Positions 46,946 to 53,954 of a DNA stretch of 53,954 nucleotides are shown one piece after another. A program made the translations under genes and the position numbers. The notes under the pieces are model-generated. The model was given only the letters and a program-made list of their open reading frames with translations, was not told the origin of the DNA and ran no database searches. The DNA is from an uncultured virus (IMG/VR IMGVR_UViG_3300030328_001585). Taxonomy: Duplodnaviria; Heunggongvirae; Uroviricota; Caudoviricetes. Each line of letters opens with the position of its first letter. Position 1 is the first letter of the stretch. Location: IMG/VR virus record IMGVR_UViG_3300030328_001585, one strand, 5' to 3'.

Positions 46946-48169
46946 TTACAAAGCTTGGTAGGTTAATTCACATATATTACCCATTGTTGGGTGCTGAATT
47001 TCTAATTTACCAGATCTTCTATTACTTACATATTTATTATGATAATGATAATAATCTGTCTTTCCTAGACTTGGTAATGTTTTATGAATGAATCCAGTTG
47101 TCTCAGCAGTAGTCATATATTCTACTTTTCTTTCAGTATGAAAGTGACCTGTGAATAGAGTTCTATTTACTGTATTTCCCCATTCTCTTGGAAATTCAGT
47201 AGCATAGACTAATGGTGTATTTTTACTAGGTTTATCTCCATGCTCAAAAGCATTAAAATTATTATGCCAGATGTGAACTTTTCTTTCTTCATAAGCTATA
47301 TCCCAAGTAATTTCTTTACTCTCTATAGATTTAGATAATGCATGAACTAAATGATAAGAAGATAATCTATCATGATTACCAGGTACATAGACCACCACTA
47401 ATTCTTTACAATAAGCTTTTATATAATTTATTGCCCAATGCATAGCATCAAATGCTTGAACATAAGCTTCTGTGGCTGTCATACAATTATCTAATGGAGT
47501 TCCACTAGTTGTTGTTCCAGCAAATGTATCCATGTTAATTAGATCTCCTCCTACTACAAAATACATTTTTTCTATATAATTAACTGGGGCTGCTCTTTCT
47601 ATTAGATTAATAACTGTATCTTCAAAGTCTTTATCTATAGTTTCATTACCTTCTTTTCCAAAATGAATATCTTGTAATGACATTACTCCACATACCGGAT
47701 TATTAGTCTTAATCTTTTTTAGATCAACCTTTGGTAGTTTGTAAGTTCTTGGTTCCCAATTCTCTAATAATTCAGCAAATAGTTTTTCTTCTGGGTTTTT
47801 GTTTTGTGTAACTAAAGCTGAAACCCTCCAATGGTCTCCCATTTGTTTATTCCAATACTGAGATAATCTCCATTTATCAGTATCAATCTTTAATAATTCA
47901 ATTATTTCTTCTGCACTTTTAGGTTCATGATCAAATGTTCCTGATATTTTTCCTTCACCTTTTTCTAAGTCTATTGACTCTACTAGCTGACCAGTTTCTG
48001 CAGCTTTATTGAAGAATGTTGCTTTCTTTCTTTGCTGCTTTCTCTCTTGTAAAATTTCTTTTTTGATTTTTTTATACTGTGCTTCTGTAATGTTTAATCT
48101 GTTTGCACAATAGCTTGGATGTTTCTTCCATTTTAATGATTCTAAGACTTTCTGTTTTAATTCTTTCAT
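46946..48169 (-). CDS. Calcineurin-like metallophosphoesterase (407 aa)
   Basis: All five motifs present: DIH, GDLIN, GNHD, EHGD, GHFH. Start moved to the ATG at 48169 because the longer ORF runs through a terminator and a promoter. Confidence 0.88.
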   Translation of the reverse strand: MKELKQKVLESLKWKKHPSYCANRLNITEAQYKKIKKEILQERKQQRKKATFFNKAAETGQLVESIDLEKGEGKISGTFDHEPKSAEEIIELLKIDTDKWRLSQYWNKQMGDHWRVSALVTQNKNPEEKLFAELLENWEPRTYKLPKVDLKKIKTNNPVCGVMSLQDIHFGKEGNETIDKDFEDTVINLIERAAPVNYIEKMYFVVGGDLINMDTFAGTTTSGTPLDNCMTATEAYVQAFDAMHWAINYIKAYCKELVVVYVPGNHDRLSSYHLVHALSKSIESKEITWDIAYEERKVHIWHNNFNAFEHGDKPSKNTPLVYATEFPREWGNTVNRTLFTGHFHTERKVEYMTTAETTGFIHKTLPSLGKTDYYHYHNKYVSNRRSGKLEIQHPTMGNICELTYQAL

Positions 48170-48192
48170 AATATTAAATAAAATTTTTGTGA

Positions 48193-48200
48193 CAAAGGTA
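48193..48200 (-). promoter_or_regulatory. Bacteroidota -7 promoter element TACCTTTG
   Basis: Matches TAnnTTTG; 23 nt upstream of the ATG at 48169 and immediately downstream of a terminator. Confidence 0.6.
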
Positions 48201-48202
48201 AT

Positions 48203-48236
48203 AAAAAAAAAGAGACTGGCGTTAAAACCAGTCTCT
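48203..48236 (-). terminator. Intrinsic terminator
   Basis: Perfect 9-bp stem AGAGACTGG(48211-48219)/CCAGTCTCT(48228-48236) followed by T8 on the minus strand. Confidence 0.85.
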
Positions 48237-48285
48237 CCCAACGTTTGCAGTAGAAAACCAACAAACCACTACTTGCTGTTGTATG

Positions 48286-48846
48286 TTAAACTGCCAGGGT
48301 AGAAAATAGAATTTCTATTGGTTTACAGGCAGCTGAGTTGCCATTATCTACAACTTTTACTTTATAAGCTGTACTGGCTACTAAATTAGTTAATGTGAAA
48401 TTAGTTGATGTAGTAACTACAGGTGTACTATTGGCTAATACCCATCCACTTGGATTAACTTGAGTATCATAATATATATTAAGACCATTACTATTGCTCC
48501 ATATACCATCCCATATTATATCAGCTGTAGAACTAGTTATAACACCTGCATATACATTGTATGGATCATGTTGTAAATCATCTGAAGTACATGCTCCAAG
48601 TCCATTACTTAATATCATAGCAAATTTTTGGATTATTGAATCTAATCTTTCTCCTGATTTTATAACTATTAATGCATTGGTTTCACCTATTTGAAATGAT
48701 GTTCCACAGTAGCTTACACAAGCTGCACATTGAATATCATCACATCTTTCACTACCTACACTACAATCAGTATAAGTACATGCATTAGTTAGAGCTGTGT
48801 CAGCACAGCCACATTTACTACTACATTTTGTACAATTACATGCCAT
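48286..48846 (-). CDS. Cys-rich protein with C-terminal fibronectin type III domain
   Basis: MACNCTKCSSKCGC N-terminus; FN3 signature ITSSTADIIW..FTLTNLVASTAYKVKV. Confidence 0.7.
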   Translation of the reverse strand: MACNCTKCSSKCGCADTALTNACTYTDCSVGSERCDDIQCAACVSYCGTSFQIGETNALIVIKSGERLDSIIQKFAMILSNGLGACTSDDLQHDPYNVYAGVITSSTADIIWDGIWSNSNGLNIYYDTQVNPSGWVLANSTPVVTTSTNFTLTNLVASTAYKVKVVDNGNSAACKPIEILFSTLAV

Positions 48847-48864
48847 ATCTTTTTATTTTTTATT

Positions 48865-51114
48865 TTATGAACATCCTGCTATTATATCAGCACTAATTGA
48901 TGATGCATCAAATGATGGATTCCAACCACCACCAGTTTGATTTGCTAATTCTTTCCATGGATATATACCTGCTGTTGCAGTACCTGGTGTACCTGCTAAG
49001 TTTACTCCAGATCCACAGATAAAGTATTTAATTCCATTTAAGTTAGCATAAGTTATCATAGAGTTAATATTTGCCCAAACAGTTGAGTTAAAGTCTTCTT
49101 GATCTCCACCTGGTAAAGCATCTGTTATAATAATTATATATTTAGCAACTGCTGTTCTAAATGATCCAACTAAATTAGTTGGTCCTGCAACAAGCATAGC
49201 TGCTGTATCTGTTGGTTCAGGTATACTCTGTCCATTACCCATTGGAACACATGGTGTACCAGCAACAGGTTGTGGACTTGTACCAGTTCCTCCACCATTC
49301 AATAGATTTAACTGAGTTGTGAAACTTGTTCCATTATTGTTTTGGAACATTTCCCATGCAGTAGTATGTTGATACGTACCTGCTGCTCCAGGACCATTAA
49401 CAACTCTTTGTGCTGCTGGTAAACTTGTATAGTCTGTACAAGTAGAATAGTTAGATGTTGAAGTATTATATTCATCTGCAGTAACTAATGCTATTCTATA
49501 ATCATTTGCACCTGATGAAGTATCTATTGTATTTACTAGACCTGCTACTCCAGCTTGTACATTGGAAGTAGCTCCAGCCATAGATGCAGTATAGTCAAGT
49601 ATGAACACTACATCCATTCCTTCATCACAAGGTGCTGCACCTGTTAGAGTATTAAATGGTACAAGATCACATACTTTTGTTACTCCACCATATGTTACTG
49701 TAATTCTTAAATTATAAGGAGTAGTTGGTACTAGTGTAGTAAAGGCTTGTGTAATAATTGGTCCCGGACTAGTTATTGTATATGTTTCTTGTACAGCACC
49801 ACCCGCATCTATTACTTCTAATAAATAAGTGGCATTTACTCCTAATGCATTTGTGATAGTTGCTGTCATACCTGTTTGAGTTATTGTTCCAATTGTTACA
49901 CTAGTAGGACATGGTAAAAAGCCGTTTATTGTACTTCCTTGTGTTGCTGAACAAGTATCTATTCCATCTGTTACACAGAAATCAACTGATACTGACATAT
50001 TTTGTACAGTATTTAATGTACCCGTTAAAAAATTATAACCACCACTAGTATTTTGTAAACTAGCAACACTTACTGTTTGAGTTAGAGATGATCCTGTACC
50101 ATCAGTTACAGTAATATTACTATATCCTGAACAATCACTAAATGTAGCTGGAATTGAAGAACCTGTAAAATTAAATATTATTCCATCAATTAAACCATTA
50201 GAATCATAACCTACAGCAGTTGTGTATGCAAATACTACAGCATCACATCCTCCTGGACAACACTCATCTTGAATATTAGTTATTGCTGTATACATATCAT
50301 CTATTACCACCCAAGCATTTTGTACACTTTGTGCCAATGTTGTTGGATTAGAGTTCCATCCACCAATAGATCCATAAGATACAGAGTTATTAGTTAAAGT
50401 AGTATAAGTCCCAGTAATTACTGTTTGACTTATTGCATTGTTTATAGCTCCTACAGTACCTACAGCATCTTGTAAAGCACAAAAAGCACTCTCAAGTGCT
50501 AACACTACTACAGATACATTTGTTAAAGTTCCTACATTGCTTACACAAGTTGGAACAATTTGCACTTCTGCAACTGCTCCTGAGCATGGTAATACACATG
50601 CTTCTAAAATATCTATTCTTGTATTGAAACTTGTAAGAGTAGAATTAATGATATTTATACTAGCTAAATTATCACATACTTGATTAGCAATAAGTGCTGC
50701 AAATTGATCTAATGGTAATACAGTTACTGGATTTCCTGCAGGATCATTATACTGCAAACATGCAGGTAATGTCATATTTGGTAAACTTCCTGGAGGACCA
50801 GATGGAGTTGGTATTGTACTTTGTGTATTAGCACATATTTGTGTGACCATTGCCTGTAATACAGGAACCAATTGAGTTGGAGTAACACCCGGTATGTTTA
50901 AACATGTTAAGTCTAAACCTGTTAAACTAGGATTTGCTGTTACACCATTGTTTATTAAGTCACAAACCTTTGTAGCTAATTTAAATACTACTTCACTAAT
51001 TGAGTCTCCAGTACATAGATCTATACATGGAATGTCTGGACCTTGCCATATTACACAATTAGATGAGATATTGTCACATCCGTTAGTTGTGCCGCTTGAA
51101 TTTGTTGGGATCAT
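48865..51114 (-). CDS. Putative virion fibre/decoration protein: Cys-rich N-terminus, FN3 and C-terminal vWA domain
   Basis: FTTLVPTTPYNLRITV (FN3). MDVVFILDYTASM..YRIALVT..FRTAVAKYIIIITDA..ELANQTGG (vWA/MIDAS). Confidence 0.75.
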   Translation of the reverse strand: MIPTNSSGTTNGCDNISSNCVIWQGPDIPCIDLCTGDSISEVVFKLATKVCDLINNGVTANPSLTGLDLTCLNIPGVTPTQLVPVLQAMVTQICANTQSTIPTPSGPPGSLPNMTLPACLQYNDPAGNPVTVLPLDQFAALIANQVCDNLASINIINSTLTSFNTRIDILEACVLPCSGAVAEVQIVPTCVSNVGTLTNVSVVVLALESAFCALQDAVGTVGAINNAISQTVITGTYTTLTNNSVSYGSIGGWNSNPTTLAQSVQNAWVVIDDMYTAITNIQDECCPGGCDAVVFAYTTAVGYDSNGLIDGIIFNFTGSSIPATFSDCSGYSNITVTDGTGSSLTQTVSVASLQNTSGGYNFLTGTLNTVQNMSVSVDFCVTDGIDTCSATQGSTINGFLPCPTSVTIGTITQTGMTATITNALGVNATYLLEVIDAGGAVQETYTITSPGPIITQAFTTLVPTTPYNLRITVTYGGVTKVCDLVPFNTLTGAAPCDEGMDVVFILDYTASMAGATSNVQAGVAGLVNTIDTSSGANDYRIALVTADEYNTSTSNYSTCTDYTSLPAAQRVVNGPGAAGTYQHTTAWEMFQNNNGTSFTTQLNLLNGGGTGTSPQPVAGTPCVPMGNGQSIPEPTDTAAMLVAGPTNLVGSFRTAVAKYIIIITDALPGGDQEDFNSTVWANINSMITYANLNGIKYFICGSGVNLAGTPGTATAGIYPWKELANQTGGGWNPSFDASSISADIIAGCS

Positions 51115-51162
51115 AAATGTTAATTTTACTATAAACTGCTACTGTCTTGTAACTATACAGTA

Positions 51163-51174
51163 ATAATATACAAA
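51163..51174 (-). promoter_or_regulatory. Copy of recurring motif TTTGTATATTAT, putative late promoter
   Basis: 48 nt upstream of the ATG at 51114; overlaps one arm of the long inverted repeat. Confidence 0.45.
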
Positions 51175-51221
51175 ATTTTTTAAAACCAAACAAGTTAATG
51201 ATGGTTTTAAAAAACTTTGTA
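51169..51221. repeat. 20-bp inverted repeat (19/20 paired), 13-nt loop; terminator or regulatory hairpin
   Basis: TACAAAATTTTTTAAAACCA(51169-51188) versus TGGTTTTAAAAAACTTTGTA(51202-51221). Confidence 0.8.
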
Positions 51222-51244
51222 AAACAAATATGAAGGGGGGAAAG

Positions 51245-51511
51245 TTATGCTTTTGCTACTGCTGCCTCTTCTGCTGGAACTTCAGTAATAGTACCATCTT
51301 CTAAACTGATGTTAACATTACCGTATTTCTTTTCTAATTTAGCAGTTGCTTTTTTCCAATCTTCTTGAAGATCTTGATGAGTTGTAACTAATTGATTTTG
51401 TACAATTTGTGCATTCCCCAAGTTCATTAGAAGAGTGTTAATTTTGTTTTGTAATTCTTTGATTCCCACTAACTCTTTTTCAGTTAGTTTTTTTGCTTTT
51501 GACTTTGCCAT
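51245..51511 (-). CDS. Small coiled-coil protein, possible tail-fibre-associated chaperone
   Basis: 88 aa, heptad pattern ending KLEKKYGNVNISLEDGTI; downstream of the tail fibre genes. Confidence 0.55.
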   Translation of the reverse strand: MAKSKAKKLTEKELVGIKELQNKINTLLMNLGNAQIVQNQLVTTHQDLQEDWKKATAKLEKKYGNVNISLEDGTITEVPAEEAAVAKA

Positions 51512-51542
51512 TTCTATTTGGTTTTAATAATTATAATTGTGT

Positions 51543-51550
51543 CAAAGATA
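51543..51550 (-). promoter_or_regulatory. Bacteroidota -7 promoter element TATCTTTG
   Basis: Matches TAnnTTTG, 31 nt upstream of the ATG at 51511; a TTG lies about 19 nt further upstream. Confidence 0.55.
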
Positions 51551-51559
51551 ATCATATTT

Positions 51560-52108
51560 TTAATATTTCCAAGGAAGTTTATCTATTTTTTTATTTTCTG
51601 GAAATATCTGTTTATTTATGTGTTCTTTCATACCTTGTATATACCCTTCTCTAACATTTTTATTTAACCAATCTATTATTTCTTTTCTCTGTAATTTCTT
51701 ATAATCTCTCTTTCCAACAACATGATCTTCAGGTTTTCTCCCTTCAGGTACCTTAATGCTTCCTATTACAGATCCACTGGCTGGCTTTACCGTATCTTTG
51801 TATGATTTAGGAATATATAATATCCCTTTATATAAAAACTTTATGTCTGTTATTATATTTCTTTTATTTACTTCTATAGATTCTATATGAAACCTATATC
51901 TCACATTAGGTTTTTCTTTCTTCTTTAGTTCATCCATCTTTATTTGATGGCGTAATTTTAATACTGACTCTGATATAGGTTTTCTAACAGTTATAGTAGA
52001 TGTAGAAAAAGTTATTTTTGGACCTTCCTTAATCTCTTGTTTCTTTTTAACTTGTACTACTTTTGATTTTGTAGCTTTTCTTTTTGGTATGTATCTTTTT
52101 TTAGCCAT
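51560..52108 (-). CDS. Hypothetical basic protein, tail-fibre-associated
   Basis: 182-aa ORF, Lys-rich N-terminus, ends KLPW; tightly coupled to the upstream gene. Confidence 0.55.
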   Translation of the reverse strand: MAKKRYIPKRKATKSKVVQVKKKQEIKEGPKITFSTSTITVRKPISESVLKLRHQIKMDELKKKEKPNVRYRFHIESIEVNKRNIITDIKFLYKGILYIPKSYKDTVKPASGSVIGSIKVPEGRKPEDHVVGKRDYKKLQRKEIIDWLNKNVREGYIQGMKEHINKQIFPENKKIDKLPWKY

Positions 52109-52110
52109 AA

Positions 52111-52548
52111 TTATTTCTTAACACAACTCTCACATTTAGTTATTTTTCCTGTTTTATCTACTGTTATACAAACCGTTTTATTAGAATAATATCCTTGACT
52201 TAAAGATGCAGAAGTTGTACAATCATCATTTGAATATAACTCATAACATTCACAACTAAAATCACAATCTTTAGTGTAGAATGTCTCACCAGTTTCTGTA
52301 CCTGCACAAGCCGCACTACAACTCTTACTATTATACCACAATGTTACTTCTCTACAATCAGTAGCACTTTTACCATAAAAATCCTCTAAGGATATTTCTG
52401 TTCCACTACCTGATATTCCTGCTAAAGATCTAAAGTCTGATTGATCTAAATTAGAGTTTGCATCTTGAGCTAAACCTAATTCAACATTAATAGATCTATT
52501 AGTTGCAGTACCTCCTATTGATATTTCTCCACTAGTTACTAGAGCCAT
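52111..52548 (-). CDS. Putative fibre-tip/adhesin protein with Cys-rich C-terminus
   Basis: MALVTSGEIS..INVELG..EISLEDFYGKS N-terminal module, typical of small genes that follow S74 tail fibres. The C-terminal half is Cys-rich. Confidence 0.6.
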   Translation of the reverse strand: MALVTSGEISIGGTATNRSINVELGLAQDANSNLDQSDFRSLAGISGSGTEISLEDFYGKSATDCREVTLWYNSKSCSAACAGTETGETFYTKDCDFSCECYELYSNDDCTTSASLSQGYYSNKTVCITVDKTGKITKCESCVKK

Positions 52549-53953
52549 AGCTTTCTAATTTTGCTTTCAATTCATCTATTTGTTTTTGTTGATCTTTTAC
52601 TGCTTCAATAAGATACCCAACCATGTTACCATATGCAACGGATTTGGTACCCATCTCATCATCAGCAGTATGTACTAATTCTGGAGCTACCTTTTCTAGT
52701 TCTTGTGCAATAACACCTGAACTCTCAGCACCATCTTTAGTGAATGAGACTCCTCTCATTTCTAGAACCTTAGATCCATCTAACGTTTCTATATTTGTTT
52801 TTAGTCTTTCATCAGAGAATCCTGTTACATTTCCTCTTGCTGTAAAATTACCCGTACTTCTGGCAAATGTAAATTTATTTGATCCATTACTAGTAATTTC
52901 AAAATTGGTAGCAGTAGTTTCTAACTCCAAAAATAATTTATTATTAGTTCCATCATAAGACATATGAGCATCTTTACTTGTACCCCAATATGTTTTAGCG
53001 GAATCACCTAATGCAATATAATTTGTTGAACCTGAAAGATCAATAGTATTTGATGTAAGAGCTTCTATTTCTATATCTGGGATGGTACCTCCTTTAAGAC
53101 AGTTTTTAATATACTTACAAACCTGTTCCATAGAACCCTGGTATACTGCCCCATCAGATTTATCTTCCCATATAAATAAATCACCATCTGCAAGAGTTTT
53201 AGATGTTCCATCAGTAGCTGAACTAATTACATTAGTTGCTGCATTAGTGTAGTTAACTGCTACATTGGATGCATTTCCAGTTAATCCGTGTCCTATTCCT
53301 ACATTAAGAGTAACACTACCAGTACTCCCTCCTCCTGTAAGTGCCATTCCAGCTACTACTGCTGTAATAGTTCCTTGTGGAGCAAGAGCTACTAAATTAG
53401 CAACTGTATCATGATTTATACATAAGTCATCATCACTACTATCACTAAACCAGATTACATCTTCTTTAGAAATCTCATCTGAATCAGATACTAGAATTGC
53501 ATTATCATCCCCACAATATTTAATACCTAATGTAGGATTTAATAGTGAACTACCAGATTCTATTGTAATACCTTTTCCTGCACTTACTGAAGTAACTGTA
53601 CCTTGTGTATAATTACCTAAAGATAAATTTCCTAATATTACTTGAGAAGAGGAACCAGCACCTGCAATATTTATAGTTCCTGAGCCTGTTATAGGAGATC
53701 CTGTTATAGTTAAAGCACTACCTGTTTCTGTTAATCCTACACTTGTTACTGTACCACTTCCTGCACCAAGTTCTGCTACAGTACAATATTTATTTGTCAT
53801 AGCACTAACATCATATATAAGAAGTCTATCAGTAGAAGCAGCTGTTGCACCTAATGCTGCCTGATTTAGAATATCAACTCCTATAGTGACTGTACCTGAA
53901 GTTACTATAGGGTTTGCTGTAGCACTAATAGATGCTCCAGCTCCGGCTCCTGT
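52532..53953 (-). CDS. Tail fibre with C-terminal peptidase S74 intramolecular chaperone (5'-truncated by the window edge)
   Basis: FSDERLKTNI..GVIAQELEKVAPELV..KSVAYGN..LIEAVKDQ. GTVTSV/GTITAV repeats. The frame stays open upstream of 53800 to the edge (TGAGAGASISATANPIVTSGTVTIGVD..). Confidence 0.88.
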   Translation of the reverse strand, partial: TGAGAGASISATANPIVTSGTVTIGVDILNQAALGATAASTDRLLIYDVSAMTNKYCTVAELGAGSGTVTSVGLTETGSALTITGSPITGSGTINIAGAGSSSQVILGNLSLGNYTQGTVTSVSAGKGITIESGSSLLNPTLGIKYCGDDNAILVSDSDEISKEDVIWFSDSSDDDLCINHDTVANLVALAPQGTITAVVAGMALTGGGSTGSVTLNVGIGHGLTGNASNVAVNYTNAATNVISSATDGTSKTLADGDLFIWEDKSDGAVYQGSMEQVCKYIKNCLKGGTIPDIEIEALTSNTIDLSGSTNYIALGDSAKTYWGTSKDAHMSYDGTNNKLFLELETTATNFEITSNGSNKFTFARSTGNFTARGNVTGFSDERLKTNIETLDGSKVLEMRGVSFTKDGAESSGVIAQELEKVAPELVHTADDEMGTKSVAYGNMVGYLIEAVKDQQKQIDELKAKLESYGSSN

Positions 53954-53954
53954 A

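Noticed and set aside
48170..48241. ORF-track N-terminal extension of the metallophosphoesterase
   Set aside because: It runs through a terminator hairpin, a T-tract and a promoter element.
1086..52958. The many 60-141-aa ORFs nested on the opposite strand or in alternate frames (e.g. 1086-1340, 13173-13475, 36770-37195, 52623-52958)
   Set aside because: They are shadow ORFs of long genes, Ser/Leu/Ile-biased, with no motifs or plausible expression signals.
4463..53953. Stop-codon reassignment (TAG/TGA), known in some crAss-like lineages
   Set aside because: ORFs of 5.7-13.6 kb are uninterrupted under code 11, and TAG ends genes at 4463, 23790 and 52532 at sensible boundaries.
1..53954. tRNA, rRNA, integrase, transposase, intron or intein
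   Set aside because: Intergenic gaps are mostly under about 130 nt and show no cloverleaf. No such motifs were recognised in the translations, and nrdA and the RNAP core look uninterrupted.

Overview
AT-rich fragment of a large lytic phage genome of the crAss-like (Crassvirales-related, phi14:2-type) group. The host is probably Bacteroidota/Flavobacteriia, judging from TAnnTTTG promoter elements, A-rich leaders without Shine-Dalgarno sequences and a Bacteroidota-type ribonucleotide reductase. The first 2 kb (+ strand) holds the end of nrdB and all of nrdA. Everything else is one minus-strand late/virion block. In transcription order it contains: a tail fibre with an S74 chaperone and its accessory genes; Cys-rich FN3/vWA proteins; a metallophosphoesterase; an IHF/HU-like protein; two ring-like proteins; a 2123-aa tail stabilisation/muzzle protein with a vWA insert; a 2014-aa multi-domain protein (ADP-ribosyltransferase-like x2-3, lysozyme-like x2, LysM x2, L,D-transpeptidase); three cargo-type proteins; a 4536-aa virion RNA polymerase (DFDID) fused to a zincin domain; and a 1900-aa protein with degenerate zincin and PD-(D/E)XK domains. 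It ends in a five-gene cassette: outer-membrane beta-barrel, lipoprotein, membrane/coiled-coil protein, exported thioredoxin fold without CxxC, and an unannotated Zn-ribbon microprotein. The best candidates for new biology are the modular cargo proteins punctuated by a repeated GG(E)..LPKAQxG linker and this cell-envelope cassette. No capsid, portal, terminase, tRNA, CRISPR array or mobile element was recognised. All domain calls come from motif recognition by eye; no database search was run.
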